Part shown: piece by piece, positions 1 to 8,622 of the stretch
Layout of the letters: every line of letters starts with the position of its first letter
Position numbering within the stretch: position 1 is the stretch's first letter
Source of the DNA: a virus
Taxonomy: Duplodnaviria > Caudoviricetes
IMG/VR virus record: IMGVR_UViG_3300046795_000008
Location: 1-44,048 of that record
Length of the DNA: 44,048 nt
Reading direction: 5' to 3' (one strand)
Position numbers and translations under genes: made by a program
Notes under the pieces: generated by a model
What the model saw: the letters and a program-made list of their open reading frames with translations, nothing else
Told to the model about the DNA's origin: nothing
The model's database searches: none

Positions 1-154
1 AAGCAGCGTCCCGAGCAGCGTCCCAAGCAGCGCCCCAAGCAGCGTCCCAAGCAGCGCCCCAAGCAGCGCCCCAAGCAGCGTCCCAAGCAGCGTCCCGAGC
101 ATCGTCCCAAGCAGCGCCCCAAGCAGCGTCCCGAGCAGCGTCCCAAGCAGCGTC
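1..154. repeat. 12-bp tandem coding repeat (consensus [a/g]agcagcg[t/c]ccc), about 13 copies; encodes AAWD/AARD/AAWG on the minus strand
   Basis: Directly visible. The minus strand reads TGG/CGG GAC/GGC GCT GCT. The same array occurs at the right end. Confidence 0.97.
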
Positions 155-364
155 CGTGTCGGCCTGACAGTACGTCCATACCGTTTTGCATCCATCGACA
201 AAATTGGGATGAAAGAGTACCTCACGGGCTGGCAGCTTTAGCGCGGCAAGGTGCTCCGCGAAACCCTCGCGTACAAGCTCGCGGTCAGGCTTCGCTTCGC
301 GGATGGCAGAAGTAATCTCTGCAATCAACTGTTTCGTTTGAGGTGATAGCTTAGTCTGCGACAT
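1..364 (-). CDS. 5' part of a DUF6745-type protein with AAWDAARD repeats; continues at the other end of the window
   Basis: Manual translation from ATG at 364 gives MSQTKLSPQTKQLIAEITSAIREAKPDRELVREGF...DTDAAWDAARDAAWGAAW, open to position 1. Not in the ORF track. Frame is compatible with 43372..44048. Confidence 0.85.
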   Translation of the reverse strand, partial: MSQTKLSPQTKQLIAEITSAIREAKPDRELVREGFAEHLAALKLPAREVLFHPNFVDGCKTVWTYCQADTDAAWDAARDAAWGAAWDDARDAAWDAAWGAAWGAAWDAAWGAAWDAARDAA

Positions 365-659
365 TGCGGATCTCATCTGGGCTATATTCCCGCTGCCGGA
401 TTACTTCATAAGTCCCTGGCTCCAGCACGATTGGTCCGTGGTCTTCGTGGACGATCCGGACGCCGGCCTCATCCACGCGCAGGTAGAGGCCCTCGCCGAT
501 TTCCAGAACTTCGGCCTTGGTCAAATCTTCCACCCGGTGAGCGTGTCCAGTGGTTTCGCCTTCCACCAGAACGCCATTCGCTTTTACGGTCGCCTTTGAC
601 GAAGGCAGCGACTCGATTCGCCTGATTAGTAGGTCTCCTTGCCGATACAGTTCAGTCAT
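351..659 (-). CDS. Conserved phage protein (RQGD...GETTGHAH...HEDH...RQREY), the usual neighbour of DUF6745 genes
   Basis: Motifs recognised in the ORF translation. Probable start is MTELYRQGD at 659. Confidence 0.85.
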   Translation of the reverse strand: MTELYRQGDLLIRRIESLPSSKATVKANGVLVEGETTGHAHRVEDLTKAEVLEIGEGLYLRVDEAGVRIVHEDHGPIVLEPGTYEVIRQREYSPDEIRNVAD

Positions 660-746
660 TTGCTTCACTCGCCTTTCTTGATCTGCTCAGAACTCTTGTC
701 AAACTTCATGCCAGCCCAGGGCTCTCCGCTCAGTACGCCTCGACCG

Positions 747-872
747 TCACTTTTTCTTGCGCTGAATTTCTGCCGACTGTTCGCGAAACACTTTCACATA
801 AGTCGATTCATTGCCTTCCGGAATCGGAACTTTCACCAGTTTGCCGTCTTTGCGGGCTTCGTCTACTGTCAC
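747..872 (-). CDS. Small hypothetical protein (41 aa)
   Basis: GGAGGAG SD then GTG; translates as MTVDEARKDGKLVKVPIPEG...QRKKK. Confidence 0.6.
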   Translation of the reverse strand: MTVDEARKDGKLVKVPIPEGNESTYVKVFREQSAEIQRKKK

Positions 873-928
873 TTAATCTCCTCCGAATTCTCATCCAAGA
901 GCCACCTGTGCAGGGCCTTGGTCAGAAC

Positions 929-1021
929 TTACTTGAGCCATTTTGATATCGCCATGTGTGCGAGCACCAAACCGCCGAATATCGCAAGTACATCCCAGTT
1001 GTGTTTTAGCCAGTCCCTCAC
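929..1021 (-). CDS. Small membrane peptide (30 aa)
   Basis: GGAGG SD then GTG; MRDWLKHNWDVLAIFGGLVLAHMAISKWLK. Confidence 0.55.
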   Translation of the reverse strand: MRDWLKHNWDVLAIFGGLVLAHMAISKWLK

Positions 1022-1041
1022 AAGCCCCCTCCACGAAACCC

Positions 1042-1293
1042 TCAAAGATTGTTCTTTTTGCGAAGTCGAGCTAAAAACTCTTCCAAGGTGTCGTTGTACA
1101 TGCTCCCGGTTTTGCTAAAACGTTCGATGCTCTTTCGAAGTTCAGCGGCCCACTCTGGTATTGCTTTTGCTGTCGCCGCCTTGTCTTTGAGGGTTATACC
1201 CATGCTTTCTATTTCGGCCTTCAGGTCTATGCCAAACTCTTGCTTATGAGCCTCGCAGGCCTTATCGAATGCATCATCTGCGTCATCGTCCAT
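1042..1293 (-). CDS. Small hypothetical protein with acidic N-terminus (83 aa)
   Basis: Strong GGAGGAGG SD before ATG 1293 (MDDDADDAFDKAC), directly after the 299-aa gene. Confidence 0.75.
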   Translation of the reverse strand: MDDDADDAFDKACEAHKQEFGIDLKAEIESMGITLKDKAATAKAIPEWAAELRKSIERFSKTGSMYNDTLEEFLARLRKKNNL

Positions 1294-1310
1294 CGCCTGA
1301 TTCCTCCTCC

Positions 1311-2210
1311 TCAGTGAACCGGTGCGTCCGGCATCTCCAATAGGATATAACCGATTGCCCTCAGTCTTTCCTCTGCTAAAGAATGAGCGAGCCAATATTG
1401 ATCAATAGTCACCCCGGCCATTGGACCATGCGACGCAGGGCCAACCAGTTTGGTAATGCCCATCTGGTTTTCAATATATCTAATATTTTCCGCATTGTTG
1501 TTGGCTTCCCACAACAAGCTTCCAGGACCTTCCCCGGGAATGTGATCGAAGATAGTAGGGCCCCCGGGCATCTTCTTCTGCAGTAAATCGCTTACTGCCT
1601 GCCTCAGCGGCATCCCTGTGAGCTTCGCCAGATTGGGAATATCAAAGCCCGCTACCACGTTCATGTCGGTAGCGTGGGAATCCCACAGAATCATGTTGAT
1701 GAAGTGGCCTAGAATTGCCAGATCCCCGTAGATCGCCCCGCCAATGTCATGCCCGTTGTGCCATCCCGAGTTGGCTATTCCCCAAGGGTTGACGCTATCA
1801 TTCATGTACAGTGGATCACCTTGAAGATAGCTGGCTGTTCGCTCGCCCTGCACGTAGCCAGAAACTTCTGGCAAAACGTCTACAAATCCAGTATCGGAGT
1901 TCCACCCACTCGTCCTCCAATAATCTCCCCAAAAGGACGTGTTGTCGTTACTGGCCGTTCCTCCGCTGGTGTCGTTAGGGGAAATAGTGGTATCTAGCAT
2001 CCCAACGCCGGCGGCTGCAATCCCGGACCCTGGATCGGTAAGCGCAGCAGCCAATGTTGCGTCTTCGCAAGCTGCATCGCAATTCGAGCCGCCAATCAAG
2101 GTTAGACTCACGTTGTCGTTTTGATGTGACGCATCGTCACTCTGTTGCGCCATTGTGATTCCGACCATCGCCACTATTGCGAACATCAGCGTAAAATATT
2201 TCTTAGCCAT
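1311..2210 (-). CDS. Secreted protein of unknown function downstream of the RHS gene (candidate cargo or partner)
   Basis: GAGGAG SD; signal peptide MAKKYFTLMFAIVAMVGITMA|QQ; Asp/Gly-rich. Confidence 0.8.
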   Translation of the reverse strand: MAKKYFTLMFAIVAMVGITMAQQSDDASHQNDNVSLTLIGGSNCDAACEDATLAAALTDPGSGIAAAGVGMLDTTISPNDTSGGTASNDNTSFWGDYWRTSGWNSDTGFVDVLPEVSGYVQGERTASYLQGDPLYMNDSVNPWGIANSGWHNGHDIGGAIYGDLAILGHFINMILWDSHATDMNVVAGFDIPNLAKLTGMPLRQAVSDLLQKKMPGGPTIFDHIPGEGPGSLLWEANNNAENIRYIENQMGITKLVGPASHGPMAGVTIDQYWLAHSLAEERLRAIGYILLEMPDAPVH

Positions 2211-2252
2211 GAGCCTTCTCTCCTCTTAAGGGTTGAAATTGGTTTGTGGTCA

Positions 2253-2288
2253 GGGCCGAGGTTGGCGTGTGCGCGCTTTCCTCGGCCC
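2253..2288. other. GC-rich hairpin between the RHS gene and the next gene
   Basis: GGGCCGAGG...CCTCGGCCC perfect 9-bp stem with no U-tract. Confidence 0.7.
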
Positions 2289-2297
2289 GCTTGTCGT

Positions 2298-5200
2298 CTA
2301 GAACGGGCTGTTGTCCTTCACGTATGGCGGCTGAATGTTGCGCCCCTGCTGCCCGCTGTACCGATCTGCTCCGTAATCAAACAGGCCGGTGCTTGTATCC
2401 TGAACAGCCCCCTCGTACTGTGAGTTGGCCGCCGTACCGCAGTAAATCTCGCCCATCGGTCCATAGCAGAACACTGCTCCCAGGGTTCTAGCCACTCGAT
2501 TAGACGTCATTCGCGTTGATCCCGTGAAGTCCTTGTGGTTGAAGCGTTCATTTCCTGCCGAGTCATAGGTGATTGATGCACCACCAGGGAGAGGAACGCG
2601 CATACTGAGTTTGGCTGTGAGGCTGGTTGTGGTCCCCAACAGTCCGATTGGCGAGTGAACGTAGTACGTGTGTGTGCTGCCGACCACCTTCTCAACAGGA
2701 CTGCCAAGCGGATCGTTGAAGATCTGGTTGCCAGCGTAAGACAACATGGCTCCGGTTGAGTCATAAGTGTAGTCCTGGCCCAGAGTGGCGTCGTGCAGCA
2801 GGCTTCCATTGCCATCGTAGGTGTAGGGTGCCAGCATCCGGTTATTGGCCGGAGTGTAGCCAGGAGCAAAAGGCTGGCTGCCACTCTTGGTCACATTGCC
2901 GGCATAATCAGGCGAGAAGGCATAGCTTTCGGTGTAGAACGCACCGCAGTTCCAACTCGTGATCCTGACGAGATCATCATGCCCAGTGTTGCAGGTATGT
3001 GTGTCGCCCGAGCCTGCAATGCTGTCTGTGATCGCCAGGGTTTTTAGTGTTCCGTTGGGATTCCATGTCAGCACACCCTTGTCATTCACTCCGTTGAGGG
3101 TGAACTGGTACTGGGTCATGTTCTGACTGGGTGCATCCCACAGGTAGGTGTCACTGTCTCCGTTAGCATAGGCAATCGTCAACGGATTACCACCTGCATC
3201 GTAGGAACTGACGCCACCAACCTGAACGTTGCCCGGCGTGTAGCCGGCTGCAATCTGGCCTTGAGTGTTCAGGGTGAAGTTGTAATCGGGCACTCCCGGC
3301 ATTCCTGTCAGAGTCTTCAATGCGCCGTTATCCCAGTAGGTTGCGGAGGTGTGGAAGTAGTTGGTAGAGCCCAGCCCCGGCGATGTCTGCCACACATCGG
3401 AAGTTCGCCCGTAAGGGTCGAAACCAAACTGCGTATCTACCAACTGTGTGCAGGGCGAATTGCAGGAGTAGACGCGAGCCAGCCTGCCAACGGCATTAGC
3501 CCCGCCCTTTGGATTGGAGTCGTATGCGAAGTTCTTGGTATTCGTGACCGATGCGTATGGCCCGGAAGGGAAGGTTACCAGAGTGAGCCTAGCCAGGGAG
3601 TCATAACCGTAGCAAGTTGCATTCCCCGCGGCATCTGTTGACTGATTCAGGTGCCCAGCCTTGAAACTGGCGCAGGGCCCATGAGCCGTATCGAAGTAGA
3701 AGTTTGAGGTTCCAGACTCAGGAACAGTTTTCTGGGTGATCCGGCTCGCCGGATCATAGATGAATGAACTGTTCACAGGCGTAGCGCCAGCCTGGGCGTT
3801 CTGGCTGATTGTTGTGGCGCGTCCAAGCGGGTCTCGCGTAAACAGCGTGAGATATCCACTGCCTGTCGTGCGCTCTCCACAATTTCCCCCACCTGACAGG
3901 CCAGAGGTAATCACCGCACAAATCCGCATTGTCCAGCCAAGCCCATTTTTCTCAACCAAGGAAATCTTGGTGTTCTCCCCGGTTGGCGCAGGACTGAGCA
4001 CGGTTTTTACATCGCCTGCGGGATAAGTGATTGTTGCCACGCCGTTGACTGTGGTCTTGCGCGTGATGGTCTTAGGCCGCCCCGCGCCATCGTAGGTAAA
4101 CTCTTTGGCATGCGTCCCGCAGGTTGCCCCAAGATTTGCCACACAGGGAATAGAAACACTGCTCACCTGTCCCGTGGTGTTGTAGGCGTAGGTCACAGTG
4201 TCATAGCTAGAACCGCTCGGAGCCTTCTGGCTCTGCACTGAAAGCGTCTGGCCTAAAGAATTAAGCGTTGTAGTGGCGTCCGATATCACGCCCGCGAATG
4301 ACGTATGCCGGCTTGCTCTGGTTACCGAAGGATAAGTATAGAGCACCGCTGCTTGGCCTCCGTCATCGGATATCTGGGTAATCCGATACATCGGGTCGCC
4401 GTAAGTTGTGGTTACGGTCAGCCCATTAAGATCAGTTGAGGTTAGCGGAAGCGCCCCGTTGCAATCCCACGTCGTACTGGTTGTACCCAGAGTTGTGGTC
4501 GCGGAGGTTGGCAAAAATCCGTTGCACGATGGCGCGCCCGTATAAGCCATGGTGGTCAGCACGCCGTCTGGCGCAGTCGATGTGTGGACAGACCCGTTGG
4601 TGTTATAGGTAAGGTCTGTATTTAGATAGGTTGATCCTCCGGCCCATGCCTGAGCGCGGGTCAGGTCGCCGTCTCCGGTGTCGCGCCAGAAGAAAGCAGC
4701 GTTTTGCTGGACACTGGAAGCGTTGTAGGTAGAGACGTAGCAGGGAGCCCCGACAATGTGTATCGATGCGAGACTGACACAGGCAGAACCGTTCCAACTG
4801 CCATAGGCAGTCAGCGTCTTGTTAATTAGTGTCGGCCCGTAGTCGAAGCGGTCAACCTCCACCACATTCCCGTAGGTATCAAGATGCGTGTCTACTTCGG
4901 CGTTGGTTGCCACACCTGGGACCGTATGGTAGGCGCGAACCCAAGTGGGATGGTTGGTTGGCGCCGAAGGATTGCAACTCGCAAAGGTCGAGTCGTAGCA
5001 ATAGGTCATCGTGTCGAGGACAGTAGTACCATCTGTGTCCTTCTTAACAATGCTAGTCACAATCCCAGTGTTAAATGAGTAGACTGCTTTTGAGCCATCT
5101 GGCCTAGTGACAGTCGTAGTCCACGTTGTACCATTGGCCGGATTGGAGCGGGCAAAAGTCCACGTCCCCGTGCCGTTGCTGATGGCCAGAGTAGCGTTGG

Positions 5201-6209
5201 AAATTTTAGTTGTGCTCTCGCACCACAGACCATCGGCGTGCGTTCCCCCAGAGTAGGTGTGAGTGTAGGTTGCCCCGGTTGGAACAATAATTGTATTGAG
5301 GCGGCCCTCCGCCTTCCAGGTGGCCTGCACAGAACTGCCGTCTGGATAGGTGACACTTTTAAGGGGATAATAGGTGCTGCTTGTCTCAGTGATTCCAGTA
5401 CACGCAAACAGAGCGGGATTGAACGTTGAAGTGAAGTAGGCCGCAGCTACATTACGCTGCGTGCTCGTTCCGTCTGTGTAGGTGTAATTGATCGTTGTTT
5501 GTGGCGGCTGATTGTCGGGATAGCTTAAGACCGGAGTTGTGGTCAATTCGTCTATGTACTGAATCGTATTCGGAGTACCTAAGACTAGGTTTACATTGAC
5601 CTGATTTCCGTGTGCGTCGGTGATAGTGCCAAGCCCTTTTCCTGTGATCGTCACTCCGGGATTAGCCCCTATGTCCGCTCGGGTATAAACCGTAACATTT
5701 GGTGGACTGGTTCCCCCTGCCGGAATCACCACCTCATACCCCGTTCCATCAGTCGTGTAATCATCAATGTTGCCGAGACTCAGACAATTGGCCGAATCCC
5801 ATTGCTCTCCAGCGGGCAATGGATGGAATGTGCCATTTTGGTCCGTGATCCCAAAAATGTTCCATAGCCGTGTGCCGCCGCCACCCGGGCAATTAACGTT
5901 AGATTGGGTGTTTACTAGCTGTCCAGCCCAATAGCCTCGCGCCAAAACAGTCCCATTTGCCGTTGTCGCATATACGTTCCCACTCACAAATATCTGAGAG
6001 TTAGCAGTGAGCATGAAATTGAGTGGAATCGGTCCCCCCTTTGAACGCACCGGCGCTTGCAGCAAGATGTTTAGGTTGCTGAGATTCACTGATTCAAAAG
6101 CATTGATTTGTAGCGTGGGCTCATACGAGGGTGTCCCAGTGTCAGACTGCCCCCAGCAGGTCGAGGCACAGAGCAACAAACAGAGTGCTAAAATCTTTCG
6201 TGCTGCCAT
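2298..6209 (-). CDS. RHS/YD-repeat protein with a signal peptide, a degenerate RHS core and no C-terminal toxin
   Basis: YD-type repeats (TYDGAGR, YDPASRI, YDSLARL, YTYDGNG). Core-like segment YGPMGE...DTSTGLFDYGADRYSGQQGR. N-terminus MAARKILALCLLLCASTCWG|Q. GGAGG SD. Confidence 0.93.
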   Translation of the reverse strand: MAARKILALCLLLCASTCWGQSDTGTPSYEPTLQINAFESVNLSNLNILLQAPVRSKGGPIPLNFMLTANSQIFVSGNVYATTANGTVLARGYWAGQLVNTQSNVNCPGGGGTRLWNIFGITDQNGTFHPLPAGEQWDSANCLSLGNIDDYTTDGTGYEVVIPAGGTSPPNVTVYTRADIGANPGVTITGKGLGTITDAHGNQVNVNLVLGTPNTIQYIDELTTTPVLSYPDNQPPQTTINYTYTDGTSTQRNVAAAYFTSTFNPALFACTGITETSSTYYPLKSVTYPDGSSVQATWKAEGRLNTIIVPTGATYTHTYSGGTHADGLWCESTTKISNATLAISNGTGTWTFARSNPANGTTWTTTVTRPDGSKAVYSFNTGIVTSIVKKDTDGTTVLDTMTYCYDSTFASCNPSAPTNHPTWVRAYHTVPGVATNAEVDTHLDTYGNVVEVDRFDYGPTLINKTLTAYGSWNGSACVSLASIHIVGAPCYVSTYNASSVQQNAAFFWRDTGDGDLTRAQAWAGGSTYLNTDLTYNTNGSVHTSTAPDGVLTTMAYTGAPSCNGFLPTSATTTLGTTSTTWDCNGALPLTSTDLNGLTVTTTYGDPMYRITQISDDGGQAAVLYTYPSVTRASRHTSFAGVISDATTTLNSLGQTLSVQSQKAPSGSSYDTVTYAYNTTGQVSSVSIPCVANLGATCGTHAKEFTYDGAGRPKTITRKTTVNGVATITYPAGDVKTVLSPAPTGENTKISLVEKNGLGWTMRICAVITSGLSGGGNCGERTTGSGYLTLFTRDPLGRATTISQNAQAGATPVNSSFIYDPASRITQKTVPESGTSNFYFDTAHGPCASFKAGHLNQSTDAAGNATCYGYDSLARLTLVTFPSGPYASVTNTKNFAYDSNPKGGANAVGRLARVYSCNSPCTQLVDTQFGFDPYGRTSDVWQTSPGLGSTNYFHTSATYWDNGALKTLTGMPGVPDYNFTLNTQGQIAAGYTPGNVQVGGVSSYDAGGNPLTIAYANGDSDTYLWDAPSQNMTQYQFTLNGVNDKGVLTWNPNGTLKTLAITDSIAGSGDTHTCNTGHDDLVRITSWNCGAFYTESYAFSPDYAGNVTKSGSQPFAPGYTPANNRMLAPYTYDGNGSLLHDATLGQDYTYDSTGAMLSYAGNQIFNDPLGSPVEKVVGSTHTYYVHSPIGLLGTTTSLTAKLSMRVPLPGGASITYDSAGNERFNHKDFTGSTRMTSNRVARTLGAVFCYGPMGEIYCGTAANSQYEGAVQDTSTGLFDYGADRYSGQQGRNIQPPYVKDNSPF

Positions 6210-6294
6210 GTCATTTCCTCCAAGTTGTGATGTGGCGGCTTAGTCCGGGGCGCTTTCTGATTGTCGTCGGTGAGCGCTTCCGGGCTGAGTCGGC

Positions 6295-6747
6295 TTACTG
6301 AACTGCTACCGTGCTTCCTGCCTTGATTGTGAAGAACCAGCCCACTGTCGGACATCCCCGCCCTTGGCAAACCCCGTTGTAATGCGCGTGGAATGCGAAC
6401 GATCCCGTGGCCGTGAAGGATGCGCCCAAGTTCGTGAAGCCTGTACCGCTGTATATGCCTGTCCCGTCGTAATCCTGCTTAGTTCCATTCGGATTTGCAT
6501 TGAAGCCCGAGTAGGCCCCATGCGCAGATCCGGTGAACTCAGGCGAGGTAATAGACAGAGTTCCGCCGTAAGGCTGGCGGTCGTCAATGGTGATTGAGCC
6601 ATTCACTTGGGTTGCGTTGTCCAGCACGGCCAAAGTGCAGTAACCCAATCCCTTGCCGCAGTTTCCATCTTGCAGTGTGGTAAATGTTAAGGTTTGGGCC
6701 CATGCCGCCGAAGCGAGCAAGAGCAGGATTAGGGGGATTTTCTTCAT
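6295..6747 (-). CDS. Small secreted beta-rich protein (150 aa, 4 Cys)
   Basis: Start MKKIPLILLLLASAAWA|Q at 6747, with an AGGAG SD and ATGA overlap with the upstream stop. Confidence 0.85.
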   Translation of the reverse strand: MKKIPLILLLLASAAWAQTLTFTTLQDGNCGKGLGYCTLAVLDNATQVNGSITIDDRQPYGGTLSITSPEFTGSAHGAYSGFNANPNGTKQDYDGTGIYSGTGFTNLGASFTATGSFAFHAHYNGVCQGRGCPTVGWFFTIKAGSTVAVQ

Positions 6748-7124
6748 GGAGCTAGCTCCTTTAAAAGTTCCTTGATGTTCACTTTCGGGGCCGTGTCTTT
6801 CAACATCCGCAACTGTTCTGCACGCTCCGGGTATGTCTTCAAAAACCACTCCGCAAACTCAATAGGGCATTTGTGTGCCCAGAACAGGTGATCCGCCATG
6901 CACAGCGTAAGCAGATTGATCTCTAGGAATCGCAAGCGCGGATAGCGCCCTTTCGGGTAGACGTGGGCTGCATGTAGGTTTGTAATGGCTCCACAGCGCA
7001 CGCAACGCCCGTTGTCCCGAATCAACACCAGATCCTTGACGACTAAATCCGCCTGTTGCTTAACCCGCCTTGCCGAGGTCTTGCGGCGGATTGGCTTGCG
7101 CCTCTTGATGGCTGTTCGGATCAC
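6744..7124 (-). CDS. NinG/Rap-like HNH-fold nuclease
   Basis: RDNGRCVRCG...LHAAHVYPKG...LRF...NLLTLC..DH motif. Confidence 0.8.
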   Translation of the reverse strand: MIRTAIKRRKPIRRKTSARRVKQQADLVVKDLVLIRDNGRCVRCGAITNLHAAHVYPKGRYPRLRFLEINLLTLCMADHLFWAHKCPIEFAEWFLKTYPERAEQLRMLKDTAPKVNIKELLKELAP

Positions 7125-7318
7125 TGAGACATCCTTGCGAAATGTTCCTCCGCGAGATAAAGCACGTTGTCCACTGCCTCAATCGCACACACGTGCTCGT
7201 CGTCCCAGCCTTCAGTCGAAAGAACCGAGATGAAGCGATGTGCTTCTCTCAGTTGGTCGTAAATGTGGAGCTTTTCTTTGTCTGTCATCCCCGGTCCTCT
7301 TCGTCGCTCCACCGCCAA
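7121..7318 (-). CDS. Hypothetical protein (start may be the internal MTDKEK)
   Basis: Tiles with its neighbours through stop/start overlaps. Confidence 0.6.
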   Translation of the reverse strand: MAVERRRGPGMTDKEKLHIYDQLREAHRFISVLSTEGWDDEHVCAIEAVDNVLYLAEEHFARMSQ

Positions 7319-7629
7319 TAAGCCGCACCTGGCGCCCGCTTGCTCATGTGCGAGATAAACGACTTTTGCACGATTGTGGATGACCTGAAGCCGTCGCCGT
7401 TGTTTCGCACGTAGGCAAGGCTTATCTCGGGAGTGAAGCTATTCCCGAAGACAACTACGACCAAGGCTGTCTTTACTTCCCCGAAGGTGATGAATTTCAC
7501 CGCATCCTCTCCGGCTCTTGGAACCCTCTGCACGCCCTGTTTCTCTATGCCCAAACTGGCCATATTTCCCTTTCTGGTTTTACGGAGCCCCTTGCGAGGC
7601 CCCGATTCAAGCGAGACCTTGCCTTTCAA
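7285..7629 (-). CDS. Hypothetical protein (start uncertain)
   Basis: Fills the operon on the coding strand. Confidence 0.55.
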   Translation of the reverse strand: MKGKVSLESGPRKGLRKTRKGNMASLGIEKQGVQRVPRAGEDAVKFITFGEVKTALVVVVFGNSFTPEISLAYVRNNGDGFRSSTIVQKSFISHMSKRAPGAAYWRWSDEEDRG

Positions 7630-7984
7630 TTTGGCTCGGTATCGAAGCTGCTATTCTCTGCACCGCCTTTCTTCCGATTGCATCACTAGCCGGTCCGATG
7701 TATCGGACATAAACCTTTCCCTCACGCGAACATGTCTGGACCTTGATCCCGTGGCGATCAGCATAGGTGTGGCAATGCTTCTGAACGGCTGGGATCGAAT
7801 ATCCCCCGGCTGGAGTTATGCACACGAAGGCCCCAGGCTTTGCATCGAGTAGTGCGACTATGGCGAGATGCACAGCATTAACCTTGGGCCTTCCGGGGAA
7901 AGTCCCGCTTTTGATTAGTTCGTATTTTGCCCTGCATGCTTCCATCGATTCACTCCTGAGATTGCTCAATCCACTCCTGCTCAA
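7607..7984 (-). CDS. Hypothetical basic protein
   Basis: Overlaps the upstream stop at 7981-7984. Confidence 0.65.
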   Translation of the reverse strand: MSRSGLSNLRSESMEACRAKYELIKSGTFPGRPKVNAVHLAIVALLDAKPGAFVCITPAGGYSIPAVQKHCHTYADRHGIKVQTCSREGKVYVRYIGPASDAIGRKAVQRIAASIPSQIERQGLA

Positions 7985-8622
7985 GAACTGCGCGCCACAC
8001 TTCCGGCTCGGTCAACTCGGCCGGCTGCACGTTTTTCGACGGCGTCAATCTGTCGGTCGAGTTCGTCAACGCATTCGGCCATTTCTGCCTCGGTAAGAGG
8101 CCTGCCAGCTTTGGCCCGGTTCGCTTTCTGGATTTTCCATTGCGCCTTGATGTCATTTGTCCCGTACTGCCTTTCTCCTGTGTCAACTTCAACTACCGGA
8201 GACTTTCCGCCTTCGTGGTCACAAAGCTTCACCGCGCCTACCCTTGGATCAATCTGGTTGCCGCCGTCCGTGCGCCCGTGAAACACCATCACAAACCCGC
8301 TCGGATGGCATAGCGTGCATGTCTTACGCTTGTTGTCAGGCGCCGGGATGAATTCGCGAATCTTGGCCGGCGTCGGCACGAAGTCAGGAACCAAATCACA
8401 AGCTTTTTGGATCGCCACAGCGGTCCTACCCATTCCAAAATCGGCGACCATGCGCTCGATAGCTTCCATGTACGCCCGCGCCTGATCCGGGTTATCCGTG
8501 GGGCGAAAGTTTGAGTAAGTTCCCTTTAGGGTGCCCAACATCCTCTGGGTGAAGTTCCTCATAGATTCGGGATATTGTTTCTTTGTCCCGGGCATGTTTA
8601 TCCGCCGCCTTTCCGTTGCCAT
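7981..8622 (-). CDS. Replication accessory protein, helicase-loader-like by position (true start probably downstream of 8622)
   Basis: Follows the initiator gene; contains an FVPTPAKIRE motif and a CTLC Zn-like motif. Confidence 0.6.
   Translation of the reverse strand: MATERRRINMPGTKKQYPESMRNFTQRMLGTLKGTYSNFRPTDNPDQARAYMEAIERMVADFGMGRTAVAIQKACDLVPDFVPTPAKIREFIPAPDNKRKTCTLCHPSGFVMVFHGRTDGGNQIDPRVGAVKLCDHEGGKSPVVEVDTGERQYGTNDIKAQWKIQKANRAKAGRPLTEAEMAECVDELDRQIDAVEKRAAGRVDRAGSVARSS

Noticed and set aside
1-154. Terminal repeats as a CRISPR array, telomere or terminal direct repeat
   Set aside because: The units are contiguous 12-mers with no spacers and translate in frame as AAWD/AARD within a gene. 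This is best explained as an assembly break.
639-1118. 159-aa plus-strand ORF
   Set aside because: It is antisense to SD-supported small minus-strand genes and its composition is implausible.
2210-2300. Stop-codon readthrough fusing the RHS to the in-frame 299-aa ORF (a hairpin follows the TAG)
   Set aside because: The ORFs share a frame, but the 87-nt spacer contains further in-frame TGA and TAA stops. The downstream gene also has its own SD and signal peptide.
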